A stretch of DNA of 62,999 nucleotides, counting the filler, from Folioceros fuciformis (Eukaryota): NCBI GenBank assembly GCA_049999805.1. It is 14 parts of 14 records of this genome, joined end to end, with 100 filler letters (N's around TTAATTAATTAA, not from the genome) between each part and the next. Parts side by side here need not be neighbours in the genome. Positions count along the whole stretch, not along the records: positions 20,750 to 27,072 come from JBNGIO010003036.1; positions 27,173 to 29,556 come from JBNGIO010003037.1; positions 29,657 to 34,451 come from JBNGIO010003038.1; positions 34,552 to 35,777 come from JBNGIO010003039.1; positions 35,878 to 36,907 come from JBNGIO010003040.1; 9 more parts are not named here. One strand, given 5' to 3'. A model generated the notes under the pieces. The model did no database searches, was not told the DNA's origin, and saw only the letters and a list, made by a program, of their open reading frames with translations. The position numbers and the translations under genes are program-made. Below, one piece after another: positions 23,701 through 36,183 of this stretch. Each line of letters starts with the position of its first letter. Position 1 is the stretch's first letter.

Positions 23701-25300
23701 GCAAACCACTCATGGCAAACATTAAACAGAAGCTCGCAGAGGAATATAAAATGAAGCAGCTTGGTGACCTAAGTTACTGCTTAGGTGTTCAGGTGGATAG
23801 GAACAGAAATTGCAGGCACAATCACCCTACACCAAGCAAAATATATACATGACATTTCAGTTCGCTTTAATCTTGAGAATGCGAAACCCGTGAGCACGCC
23901 CCTGGCAGTGGGAGCTAAGCTCAAGTCAGATGATCAGCCCACAACAGAACAGGACAAGAAAGACATGAAATCTATCCCCTATAAAGCCGCTGTAGGTTGC
24001 TTGATCTACCTGAGCGTTTGGACTCGGTTCGACATCAGTAAAGCTACTCAGGAAGTAGCCCAATTTTCGCAAAATCCTGGCAGAGTCCACTGGTCAGCCG
24101 TGAAGCGTATCTACAGATACTTGCTAGGAACAAAGAACCTCGATCTTACGTACAAATCTTTAGGCTCCTCAAGTCCTAAACTGCTGGGGTGGTCAGATGT
24201 AGACTGGGCTGCTAATCCCGATTCCCGAAGAAGTGTAGCAGCATTCGTCTTCACCCTTGCTGGAGCGGCTGTTTCGTGGTCTTGTAAACTCCTACCAACC
24301 ATTTGTCTGAGCTCAACCGAGAGCGAGTACAGGGCGCTCACAAGAGCAGGCAAGGAGGCGGTCTCTGGGGCGTGCTACACTGGCAAGACTACACCAGCCC
24401 CAAACAGGTCCAACTAAACTATATTGTGATAATTATTCTACAATAGCTCTGACCTTAAACGCTAGGTTCCATGCTCGTACTCGTCACATCAAAGTAGCCC
24501 ATCAATTCATACGTCACCTTGTCTTGACAAGACAAGTAGAGGTTGAATACACACCTAGCGAGGATAATCTGGCAGACCTACTCACCAAAGGGCTACCTAG
24601 AGATAAACATCATGAACTCACGAGCAAGCTAGGTCTAGTAAAAATGATTCGTGCATAGTCAACATGGTCTCGGTTCTCACAACTAGTGGGAGTATCAAAA
24701 CATAATGGCACATATTCATCGTGTAGACGTCGTTCTTTCTTACAGAAGCCTGTGCAGCGTCAGACGAAGGCTACCACAACCTCCAAATTGCAAGGATCTC
24801 AGCGAAATACAATCGTTGTGGTGTCAAGGGGTTAACCAGATCCATCGGCAGTTGAATTTTTGAAGACAACCGAAACTAGGATCGGCTGAGTGGGAGTGTT
24901 AGATTAGGTCTTGAGCAGCCTCCTCCAAGTTATTTAGTTAAGGTTTGTTTGTTTCACACTCTAGATAATATCTCAATGGTCACGTCTTTAGGAAATGCCT
25001 GTTCGAGTCACATCGGTTTGCACGGGCACCGTGCCCCTAGTTCTCACCATGGGATCCTTTCTTAATCATCGTTGTTTTCATCTCTATCGAACTTCCTATG
25101 TTCATAGCATGTTCACTGAATGAGGGATGCTGGGGACATTAGCCAGAGGAGGGGGTAGCTAGCCCCTATGCCCTGCTCGTGCTAAACTCCTCAACGTTCC
25201 TTCCTCGCTATTATGAACGGTTGCCCACTGTGGGCAAACCCTAAAAATAATGCCTTTTCATTTTTTTTATGACGTTTCACTTAGGTCAAATCAACCGACA
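20750..25300 (+). mobile_element. Ty1/Copia element C (gag C-terminus to 3' LTR), disrupted
   Basis: WFLDSGAT, LVHADLCGP, YWAEA, RFVARGF, YIDD, SDVDWA, CLSSTESEY; pol ends about 24658. PPT GAGTGGGAG then TGTTAG at 24897; LTR end near 25300 is tentative. Confidence 0.92.
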
Positions 25301-25602
25301 TGTCCCAATCCTATGAAGTGGCACCTAGAGGTGGACCAATGTGGTTGTGTGCAGGAAGATTCAGTAAAAAAAGGTGCAATGAAAAATGCATCGATTCAGA
25401 TCGGGGCAGGAATTCCTCCTGCGCCTGGATATCTCCACTTTGGAGTAGCGGAAGGCTTCACAGGACATGGGCACTGGAATCCGATCCATCAAGCAAGCTA
25501 CTCTATTTAAGGTTCTGCAATTTGAGGTCCATGTGTTGAAGGAGATCAGTAATGTGGCTGATATCCTCTTAGAGCTCGTCTTTGCAGATTAGAGTTGCTC
25601 GC

Positions 25603-26144
25603 TGTGGTGGCAAAACCCCGGGCACTGTTTGCCAACGGGTTCAACCTTTAGCAGCCACACTTATCCCACTGTCGTTAAGACATTGGGTTTCGTTCCCAGG
25701 AAGGAGCGATGGGGTTCCTAGCTGCTTTGGATGGAGGGTAGGACTCAACCAACTCGATGACGGATTCGAGGGCTCCCCTCTAGCTCTGATTAGGCGTAGG
25801 ACAGTCCTCGCTGTTCAGCAGTCAACTACACCTCTCTCAGTGCCCACAAACTCACTCCAGTCTCTACAACGACCCTAACTTTTCAAATCTGCGACTTCCC
25901 TCGCTTCACTTCACTCACTCACTTACTCACTTACTCACTTACTCACTCACTCACTACAGCACCAGCACCAGCAACGACACCACTACCTTCTACGGTTCCC
26001 TATGGACTTCCCCTACCTGGCAAGAGTCACTAGACTAACCTCGAAGAAAAGCATGCCACTACCCACGATCCTACCAGACACTATGCAAGCACGGTCGGCA
26101 CTCACTCCAGCCCTGCAAGGAAACGAAAGTGACAGATTATGGGG
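25603..26144. mobile_element. LTR family G subfamily A, interrupted
   Basis: Starts TGTGGTGGCAAAACC and shares diagnostic variants with 15975-16206. Confidence 0.88.
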
Positions 26145-27072
26145 TGTGGAGGCAAAACCCCGGGCACTGATTGCCGACGGGTTCCACCTTTAGTGGCCAC
26201 ACTTATCCCACTATCGCTGAGACATTGGGTTTCGTTCCCACGAAGGAGCGATGGGGTTCCTTGCTGCTGTGGATGGAGGGTCGGACTTGATCGACTCGAT
26301 GTTGGATTCGAGGGCTCCCCTCCAGCTCCGATCAGGCGTAGGACAGGCCTCGCTGTCCAGCGGTCAGCTGCACCTCTCTCGGTGCCCACAAACTCACTCC
26401 AGTCACTACAACGACTTTAACCTCTCAGATCTGCGACTTCCCTCACTCACTTCACTCACTCTCTCACTCTAGTACCAACACCTGCAGCTAATTACGACAC
26501 CACTACCTTCTACACTTCCCTACTGACTCCTCCTACCCGGCAAGAGTCACTAGACTAACCCCAAAGAAAAGAAAGAAAGAAAGGAACACACTCCCCTCTT
26601 GGGTATCTCCTCCCCACAACCTTACCAGACGCCATGAGACATGGTCGGCCTACAGCACTTGCCCAAACAGGGAACAAGAGTGGATAGGTCGAGAGGAAGA
26701 CATCCTTTACAATCAAGAGCTAGGGGCAAGCCCCTTCAACTTGGTCATTACACCTCGTGATCCTACCAGACACTATACAACTGGCAACACACTGCCCGCA
26801 CTCCTACCAGACGCTGTACAGTCGGCAACACGCTGCCTGCGATCCTACCAGACACTGTACAGCCAACAACACGCGGCTTGCGATCCTACCAGACATTGCA
26901 CAGCCGGCAACACACTGCAGGTCCTAAACCAAGCAGGAACAGACCATAAGAGCTCATGAAGAGAGGACTTCCAAGAGCTCACAAAGTGACAGACTGACTC
27001 CCAAAGTGAATGACTCCTTCCTCCTACAGGCTCACCTGATCTTATAGGAGCCTCTCTCTCTCTCTGACTTCA
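26145..27072. mobile_element. LTR family G subfamily B, truncated by gap
   Basis: Starts TGTGGAGGCAAAACC; collinear with 17351-18244. Confidence 0.9.
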
Positions 27073-27172
27073 NNNNNNNNNNNNNNNNNNNNNNNNNNNN
27101 NNNNNNNNNNNNNNNNTTAATTAATTAANNNNNNNNNNNNNNNNNNNNNNNNNNNNNNNNNNNNNNNNNNNN

Positions 27173-29556
27173 GACATGTTTCTTCCCCGCTCGAGTTTCC
27201 ACTTCGAAGTCGTATTCCTCGAGGAGTAGGACCCACTTGGCGATTCTTCTCAAAAGGTCCGGCTTGTTGACCAGGTATTTCAATGCAAAGTGATCCACAT
27301 GGAACACTACCTTGCACGCCAAGAGGTAATGTCGAAATTTCTTGCAGGCATATATGATGCCCAACGGTTCTCTTTCAGTCGTTGAATAATTCCGTTTTGC
27401 ATTAGTCAGCTGCCTGCCAGAGTAAAAGATGGGATGGTCGCGACTCTATGTGTCCCGCTGGTTGAGAATAGCTCCGATGGCGTAAGCGGACACATCCACG
27501 TCCACATGGAACGTCTTCTCCCAGTTCGGAGGTTGTAGCGTTGGTGCCCGAACCAGGCCTGCCTTCAATTGTTGGAATGCTGCCTGCCTCTCAGCGGTCC
27601 ACTCGAAAGGGACGTCTTTCTTGGTGAGCTGGGTAAGAGGAGCAGCCTTCTTGGCAAAGTTGCAGACGAAGCGGCGGTAGTACCCTACCAAACCGACAAA
27701 GGCGCGCACCTGTCTCATGTTTTGCGGGGCGTCCATCTCAGCGATTACTTTGACCTTCTCGTGGTCCACCTATAGTCCCCATGCTGACACTCGATGAGCT
27801 AGCAGGATGCCTTCCGTCATCCTGAAGTAGCACTTGCCAGGGTGGAGCTTGAGATTTGTTTCCCGGCACCTCTGCAGACACTTGCGTAGGTGATCCAGGT
27901 GCAGTTCCCGCTTCCCAAATACGCAAAAGTCATCTAAGACGACTTCCATGATCTTTCGGAGCAAGTCCTTGAAAATGGTATTCACCACTCTCTGAAAGGT
28001 CGCGGGGGCATTGGAGAGACCGAAAGGAAGCTTAGAGTACGCAAAGGTTCCCCAATCCGTCGTGAAGGTGGTCTTCTCCTGATCTTCTTTTCGCAGAGAA
28101 ATCTGATTGTAGCCAGAATACCCATCCAGGAAGCTGTACATCTCGTGGCCCGCGACGGTATCCAGCATGCTGTCCAGGAAGGGCAAAGGGTGATGATCCT
28201 TCTTGGTGGCCTCATTCAGTTTACGGAAGTCCTGGCAGACCCTGACCTTCCCGGGCTGTTTCTTGGGCACTACCACGATGGGAGCCACCCAATCACTGGT
28301 GCAGACGGGGTAAATTACTCCCGCCTCCAGATACTGGTCTAGTTGCTCTTTCACCACCATCGAATACTTGGGAGTCAACCGATATTGCTTCACCCTCACC
28401 GGAGTGCTTCCTTCCTTCAGGTCGATACAATGAATTCCCAACTCTTCTGGTATTCCAGTCATATCGATTACTTTGAACGCAAATACATCAATGTATTCCT
28501 GTAGGAGGGCCTTCAGTCCCTCTCGCTCCTCGGGCCACAAATGTTTGGACACTTTGACACTCTTACCAGGCTCAAGTTCCATTTCTTCCACCGCATCGGG
28601 GTCGACATAGACCCCTTCGGGACTGCTGCCTACACTCATCCCGGATTCCCACTCGGGAAAATCCTGATCAAAAGCTCGCCCCTTCCAAAAAGCCGAGCCT
28701 TCCCTCCGACCCTCGTCTTCCTCCCCGGGGGACTCCTTCCAGGTGATGGGTGTTTCCGCGAGCGGAGGCAGGCCCTCCTCCGGTCTGTCCTCCACGATTG
28801 CATCCACCCGATAGCCCGCGGGTCGTCAGCGTGTCTCTCCTCCCCGTAGAGCCCTTGATATGCCCCCGAGGAGCTGTCCCCCGTTCCTCCGGAAGTGTAA
28901 CCTGCTGTGGGCAGTTCAGTCTCCCCTCCGTAGGGCGCTCTGCTCCAGGAGACGAAAGCGGTCCCCTTGGCCCCTGCTTGTCGAGTTGTAAAGGTGATGC
29001 CTCACCTCCCGAAATCGAAGACACAAGCGGTGCCGTACAGCCATGGCCTTCCCAAGAGAACCTTATACCCCAAATCAGACACAGGTCGCATAACGATGTA
29101 GGTCAGATAGAAGGTGACTTCTCCAATCATTGTGGGCACATTCCAAAGTACTCCCAAGGGTTTCCTCTTGGTTTGATCAGCCATGCGTAGATAAACTCGG
29201 GCTGGTGTGAACTCCGTAAAACCCAGACGATGTGCTGTTTCTTCAATCATCAAGTTGACCCCAGACCCGGTATCTAGTGGTACCTCCAAGATTAGGCAGC
29301 CTGCCACCTCAATCTCGATTTCAGGTGCTCCGCGATCCACCAACTCCACCAGATTGACCTCCACGAACGGGTTCTTCACAGTTAAGGGTTTCGGAATTCC
29401 GCGAATTGTCTCCTTCACGATCTTGCGAGATCTTGGGCTGACTGCCAATAGTTGCCGCAGGCTAATCACGAACTCATGGTCGAGAAGGGCGTCTGCGAAG
29501 TTCGCGATTTGGTCCGAGAGGGTTGGTCGCCCTGACCTGCCGTCGTCGTTTCCTGG
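27173..29556 (-). pseudogene. Ty3/Gypsy pol fragment (protease, RT, RNase H), probably non-chromovirus
   Basis: LDTGSGVNL protease; WVAPIVVVPKK, CQDFRKLN, FLDGYSGYNQI, PFGLSNAPATFQR, VLDDF RT; DVSAYAIGA, KFRHYLL, DHFALKYL RNase H. In-frame TAG stops. Confidence 0.95.
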
Positions 29557-29656
29557 NNNNNNNNNNNNNNNNNNNNNNNNNNNNNNNNNNNNNNNNNNNN
29601 TTAATTAATTAANNNNNNNNNNNNNNNNNNNNNNNNNNNNNNNNNNNNNNNNNNNN

Positions 29657-29998
29657 TGTGAACAAGGCCGAGAGGTGCAGTAGCTCGTGTTGGTGGATCA
29701 GTCAGGAACGAATCCCGCTTGTGCTTGCCAAGAATGCACGCTTCACGCATGCTAAAGTCTTTGTGTTCATCTAAGGTAAGTCCTTCTACCATTTTCTTTT
29801 GATGCATTTCAACTAACTTCTTGAAATTAACATGGCCAAGGCGGAGATGCCACAGGAAGGTTTTGGACGGCCGTACAAAAGAGTTCACTGTATTAGCTTG
29901 TGTTGACTGGAGGTCCAGATGGTAGAGGTCATCTGACTCCAGGTGTCCAGTGGCCAAGAGGTTGCCATCCTCTGTCTCAACTACTGTGGACTCCACAT
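29657..29998 (-). pseudogene. Copia GAG-pre-integrase fragment
   Basis: LYHL..LWHLRLGHVN..EACILGK..PLGLVH. Confidence 0.88.
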
Positions 29999-29999
29999 G

Positions 30000-32900
30000 T
30001 TGAACAGACCCCTGGGAATTGATAGGTTTTCTTTTTTTTTCTGGATTTGTGAGTGAGTGTTGTAGAGGAAAGGTTGGGAGATTAGGTTAGAATAGTAGCT
30101 AGATTGATGGTGAGTCGATAGGGTAGGTAGGTTGTGTGGGTAGGTAGGTTGTGTGGTAGATAGGACGTGGACTCTGGTTCCTCAGGGTAAGGTGACGGAG
30201 GAATAGTAAACCCTAGGATGTCGTGGAAGGCGAGCGGGGCTCTCTCTGGTCGATGCTGGTGGAAGCGGGAGACGGGGATAGCAGTGCCTGGGACCGAGGG
30301 TCCGAGAGCAAGCGGTCACACAAGGAGGGCCTAAGGTTGTGAGAGCATCAGGTTCGGGCAAAGTTAGCCAGCCAGATGGCCGGGTAGGGGGATCGTCGAC
30401 TCAGGGTCAGTAGGCTAGAGGGTAGCCGGGTGAGTAATGGACCGGCTGTTCGGCTAGCCACACTGGTCGGCTAACTTGGCCTGGGCGAGGCCAGGCAGCC
30501 GGCTGGCCGAGGGAGGGGTAGGCAGCAGCCAGGTAGGCGACCTGGCTGCTGGCAGGCCGCATGGCCAGACCCAGGCCGAGGGCTTGGCCGGATTGGACAG
30601 GTTGCCTAGCAGGCAGTCGTGTAGGCTAGGCGGGCGGCTGCTGAGGCAACGGCGGCGGAGCACAAGCAAGTAGCAGCCGTATGACGTGTAGACGAGAGCG
30701 AGATAGGAGGATGGCTGGTTGGGGGCTGCCCGACCAGTCGGCCTGGCGAGCTGCAAACAGGTCGGCATAGCCAGTTTGGCCTGGCTGCTCGGCCAGTCGG
30801 GCTGGTGGGATACAAGCTCAGGCAGCCAGGCTTACGGGCTGCCTGCAAGCCGGGGGTAGCCTGGCCAGGTAGGCAACCGTGCTGATGAGAGGCGGTCCTG
30901 CAGGTTGGTGGATCCAACCGGGCTGGACCATAGACCAGGCTGAGCTCAGAACAGGCCGGGGAGGCTAGGGAGCTAGCTGGCTAGCCAAGTTTGGACCAGT
31001 AGGCCGACGACCAGGAGCGGCCTGGCAGGCCGGGTTGGCTGGCGGGCCAGATGACAAACGGATTCGGCCACCAACGCCAGGCTAGGACGGGCTGACCGAG
31101 CGGTTTGGCTGGTCACAGTTGAGGGCAGGTGCCGGATCGGCGGCTACTATGGAGGGGACAACCAGGCTAGGCCGTGGCGACTGTGGAGCTGGCCGTCGGT
31201 GGCCGATCCAGGTCGGTGTAGGCCGCGAACGGGCAGCTAGCAAGGGATCGGCAGCAACTGGGGACCAGGCCGCACCAAGCGGGCCGGGGCGACGATGGAT
31301 CCAGGTTCCAGGTAAGCGCCGCCATCGGCTGGTATCGATTAGATGGTGCTGGGATAGATCTGGGCAGCCAGCGTGGGTCGGTGGAAGCTGCGGGGCCGCC
31401 TGTGGTGTAGTCAGTTTCGTGGTTCTTGCGAAAAGCTGCAGCATGTTTTCTGTGCTCACCATAGGGGAAAGAGTTGGGCCATGGCGAGAAGCCACCAGAC
31501 AGGACGTGGGCTGATCCAGCTCGGTGTGGGTTAGACAGGCAGGGTGGCGCTGGATCCGCTGGCCTTGCTGGCCGATCTAAAGCAAGCCAAGCTGCTGCAA
31601 GTGAACAGGGCAGGCCGGCTTGGAACCGACTGGTGATGGCGGGCTGTTGGAGCGCGGGCTGGAGCCGAGCTGGGCAGCTGAGTTGGTCGGCTGGCTACTG
31701 AGGAGCCTGGCCGCAGCCCAACCTGGCCTAGCTACAGGCAGGCTGCAGGCGGATCTGTTGGGCTAGCTTCTGGCCAGGTTCAGGAGGGTAGGAGGCCGGG
31801 CATGTCGGTGGCAGGCCAGCTGAAGGGTAGGCGGCCCAGCTCGGCGTCCGGGCTAGCTGTGGCTGCTCACAACTGGTGCCAGGCAGCCTGGAGCGCAAAG
31901 GAGCAGCCAGCTGACGGGCAGGCTAGCTGGCCTGGCTGGGCGGATCCAAGCTGGTCGAGACCGGGGCTGGATCTGGAGGCTGGCAAGCGGTCAGCAGCAG
32001 CCGGGTCCTGGTCGGCAGGCCGCTCCGAGGCTGCGGCAGTATCAGATCCAGGAGGCAGACCATGACGGCTAGCAACTGGCTAGGTGGGTTCTAGCAGGAA
32101 GGCACGTGGCTTGATCGCCAGGTGACGGTGGGCTGGCTGCAGAGGCAGACCAGCCAGGCGCGGGCAATGGCATAAGGTCCTGGACAGGCTGGGTGGCGGC
32201 ACCTCTCCAATGGCTGTAAAATCAACAACTGCGGGCATCCAAGCAGGGATGCAGCAAGGCGTTGCGCTGCAAGTAGCTAGATCCAGGCAGTGGCTTCAGT
32301 CGGCCTGGCCGGATAGGCGATTGGCGGCAGCTGGTAGCTGGCGGATCCAGCCAGCTAGGAGGCCGTATCGATAGGCGGCATGACAACGGATCTAAGCCGG
32401 CGGGTGGCTAGCTACGCAGGATCTGGGAGGGGGGGGGCCTACCCGGCCAAATCCTTGAAGATGGGAGGCCGATGTGCAGCCCATGGCGGCTGGCCAGGTT
32501 GGGCTGCTAGCAGGCAAGCCGCCTGGCTTGCAAGAGCTGGTCGGGGTGGACTTGGGCCAGGCACTAGAGGCTGAGCTGGCCATCAGCGGCCAGCCAGCGG
32601 ATCAGGCTGCAAGCGGCCAGTCCGACAGCCCTGTATGGCAAGCGGCCTGGTAGGGTGCTTGGGGGCAGATCCCGAAGCCAGGCCGGCGCCCGGCCTGCTG
32701 GTAGACGGGACTGGATCTGGAGTTTAGCAGGAAGGTTGGTAGCACAGGCACACCCAAGCCAGGGGCGGTGCTGGACCCAAGCCAGGCAGGCCTAGGGCTG
32801 ATCCTAGTCGGGCTGGCTGCGGCTGATCGAGGCCAGGGTGCAGGTGGCTAATCAAGGCCAGTTGGCAGGCGGCTGAGCGAGGAGGCAGCCAGGCATATAG

Positions 32901-33235
32901 CCCGAGGACTAGCAGAGATCGGGCAGACTTCTGGCTGGTCGATGAGCAGGCGGGTTGTTGGCGGATCTGGGAAGCCTGGCTGACCGTCTAGCCGGTTTGA
33001 CGGGAGCAGATCGGGGCCGAGCCCTGGCGGCGTGGATAGGGTTGGTTGTGGCTGCTCACGACTGGAGCCAGGCAACCTGGAGCACACAGGAGTAGCCAGC
33101 CTGTAGGTCGGCTGGCTGATAGGGGAGGCTGGCTGGTCGAGCTAGCCGAGCTGGCTGGTGGAACGGCGGCAAACAGACTTGGCTCGCCAGCAAGCAGTCA
33201 GGCAGCCGCCTAGCGATTGGCTAGGATGGATTTGG
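30000..33235. repeat. G-rich, GC-rich low-complexity tract built from degenerate GGCTGGC/GGCAGCC/GGATC motifs
   Basis: Strong G skew, no credible ORF, an internal duplication (about 31860 vs 33050) and a block shared with 47545-47595. Confidence 0.7.
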
Positions 33236-34451
33236 TGTCAATAGGATCGACTCCAGTCTACGTGCAAGTGTAGGAGAGGAGAGGAGAGAAGAGAGGGTGG
33301 TATTGGTGATCACAACCATGAAAACAATACACATCACCACTATCTTACTATGGAGGTCCGAGGTCTCCATTTAAGTAGTACATTTAGGGCTACACAACTT
33401 CCAGGTTCAATATGGGATAATCTACACTATCCTAAGTTCACTAATAACTAGAACTAGTCTAGTATGAACCCAACTGGGATAACTAACACCACATGAGTTT
33501 AGCTCATATAGAGCTCGATAACTCAACACTCCCCCTCGAGCTCAACATAGCATCTGTACGCCTAATATATCGGCTATCTGCTCGTCTGTGTTGACATACA
33601 CAAGATCAATAGCTCCAGATAAAATCCTTTCGCGAAGAAAATGATAATGTATTTCAATGTGTTTTGTCCTGGCATGAAACACTGGGTTTCGCGCCAACTG
33701 TATGCTGCTAAGATTGTCACAGTAGATAACAACCTTGTCGTTGACCTGCAATCCAAAATCTCCGAGTAACTTACAAATCCAAGTCACTTCACACGCTGCC
33801 ATTGCTGCGCCTCTGTATTCAGCTTCTGTACTAGACAAAGCCACTATAGGCTACTTCTTGCTACTCCATGTAATTGCTGCACTCCCAAGTGAAAAAATGA
33901 ATCCACTTGTAGCCTGCCCAATCTGCATCTGTGTACCCACACAGGTTTATTTCTAAATCTGCAACATAAAAGAGAGCATGATCCATAGTTGCCTTCACAT
34001 AGCGCAACGTTCGCCTTACTGCATCCAAATGTGGCTTTCTTGGCGCCTGCATAAACTGACTTTGCAATCCCACTGTATAGTTCAAATCTGGTCGGGATAG
34101 AGTGAGATATATCAAGCTACCCACAATCTTCCTGTACATTGTTGGATCTTCAAGTGCTTCACCATCATGAGCACTGAGCTTTAGATTTTGATCCAAAGGA
34201 ATCGAGATTGGCTTGCACTCAACCATACCATACTTAGTTAGTACATCCGACGCATACTTCCGCTATGACAGCCAAATGCCTGTGTTGGTTCGTATAATTT
34301 CAATGCCCAAAAAGAACCTCAGTTCACCTAGGTCCGCCATCTTGAACTCTTGTTGTAGAAGTTCCTTGATCTGCTCCACTTGATCCGACTGATTACCTCC
34401 AATCATTAGATCATCCACATAAATGGTCACAAAGACCAGTCGTTTTGTACT
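33236..34451 (-). mobile_element. Copia element D 3' half (RT/RNase H, PPT, 293-bp 3' LTR)
   Basis: LTR 33236-33528; PPT (plus-strand CTCCCCCTC) 33529-33537; YRKIVGSLIYL, YTDADWAG, ALSSTEAEY, RTKHIEIHYH with small deletions. Confidence 0.93.
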
Positions 34452-34551
34452 NNNNNNNNNNNNNNNNNNNNNNNNNNNNNNNNNNNNNNNNNNNNTTAAT
34501 TAATTAANNNNNNNNNNNNNNNNNNNNNNNNNNNNNNNNNNNNNNNNNNNN

Positions 34552-35777
34552 TCTCCTCTCCTACACTTGCACGTAGATTGGAGTCGATCCTATTGACATG
34601 GTATTAGAGCCCGGTGCAGGCGGTGCAAGATCGGCGTAGGAGGTGCTGCAAGAGTGCACACCAGAAGCTAGAGCAGCTACGAGAAGTTGGAGCAGCTTGG
34701 AGGGAGATCGGCAGCAAGCGTCCCGGCAGCTAACTCTCATATCGGTGTGTGCAGGAAGTGAGGAGAAGGGCAACAAGGCCCTGTCAGCTTACTGGACTAG
34801 CTGTTGATCCCCAGAGCTCTGTGGAAGGGCTGACAAGTGGAGGCAACAGCTGCAATAGCCTCAGCAGCTGCAAGAAAGTGTGCTAACCCTAGCTTGGCAG
34901 CAGGGAAGGAATTGACAGGAAATCTCACGGGAGCTTTGTGGGCAGACAGTCAAGAGTCTGTAAGGACACGGAGCATGAGACAATCTGGTTCACGCAAGGC
35001 AGCGTGATTCCGCACCAGATTGCTCTTAGGAAGAAGAGACTTAAGGTCTTGTGAGTAAAACTCCAGTCAGAAGCAGTTTGGTTCTTTCAGACATTTATCA
35101 AGTGTGAGTACTCAAGAAAGGATTGAGTGTCAACCTTGAGTGGTGGTAAGAATGGCCAGTGATAGTATTAACCAGATCGTACAGGAGAAGCTGGACAAAA
35201 ACAACTTCCATGCCTGGAAGTTTCGTTTTACAAACTTTCTTATGGGAAAGGGTTATTGGGACTACATTGAGGGGGAGCATGAAAAACCCCCTGTGGTACT
35301 TGAACGGAATGCAACAGCGGAGCAGATTAAGGCGCTGAAGGATTGGAGTCAAGGATCTCGGAAGGTCATGTATTGGCTGTCAATCAGCATTCATGACACC
35401 ATGATTGGGCACATACAGGATGCAGAGTCGCCCAAAGAAGCATGGGATGAGTTGGCAAAACTCTATGAGACTAACACGAAGGCGAGAAAACTGCAGTTGA
35501 AGAATGACTTCAACACAGTTATGAAGAAGAACTTATCAATCAATGAGTACGCGTTAAAGATCAAAGGGATAGTGGAATCCCTTGCGTCCATTGGTGTCAG
35601 TGTGGAAGATGATGACAAGGTCGAAGTTTGCTTGCACGGGTTAACACCTGCCTACAAGCAGTTCAAGACTTCCATACAGACTCGGGAAAACATTCCCAAT
35701 TTCTCAGACCTGATTTCTATGTTGATCATAGAGGAGAAAAACCTAGGCGAGGAATCATCCTCTAAGCCTAAGGAAAA
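34552..35777 (+). mobile_element. Copia element D 5' half (LTR end, PBS, UTR, gag)
   Basis: 34552-34598 is the reverse complement of the LTR end at 33236; PBS TGGTATTAGAGC 34599-34610; gag from ATG 35152 (EKLDKNNFHAWKFRF). Confidence 0.93.
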
Positions 35778-35877
35778 NNNNNNNNNNNNNNNNNNNNNNN
35801 NNNNNNNNNNNNNNNNNNNNNTTAATTAATTAANNNNNNNNNNNNNNNNNNNNNNNNNNNNNNNNNNNNNNNNNNNN

Positions 35878-36183
35878 CTCCCCTCACATTTGGAGGAAAT
35901 TCCAGGTTTCCCCCCTTGCTGGAGCTGCTCCCTCTCCAGCCCCTGATTTTTCCTCTTTAGGTGTTTGCCCTTCTTGGTCTCCCTCCTCTTGACTTGATTC
36001 CTCCCCATCCGGAGTACTCTTCTCCTCCTCCTCTGATCCTGTAGCTGATTCCACTTCATTCCCTTTCTTCTTATCAGCCCGCTGCCTCCCTCTTCTCTTC
36101 CCACTGCGGGTACATACAGCCATGGCTGTATCTTCCCCATAGTACCCCTCCTTGGTGCTGTCCAGCCCCTCCAGCTGTTGAGA
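35878..36183 (-). pseudogene. Probable Gypsy gag-protease linker fragment
   Basis: AMAVCTRSGK resembles the A(V/I)xTRSGK motif of Gypsy polyproteins, followed by an E/K-rich linker. Confidence 0.5.

Noticed and set aside
25301-25602. Possible coding fragment between LTRs
   Set aside because: Short frames with stops and no identifiable motif.
25582-26959. Recurrent ORFs CGGKTPGT...LIPLSLRHWVSF
   Set aside because: Translations of non-coding LTR family G copies; they start at the LTR terminus with no conserved ATG.
30454-33087. Many overlapping Ala/Gly/Arg/Pro-rich ORFs
   Set aside because: Expected by chance in very GC-rich sequence; no motifs. The same applies to 46970-48191 and 54161-54636.
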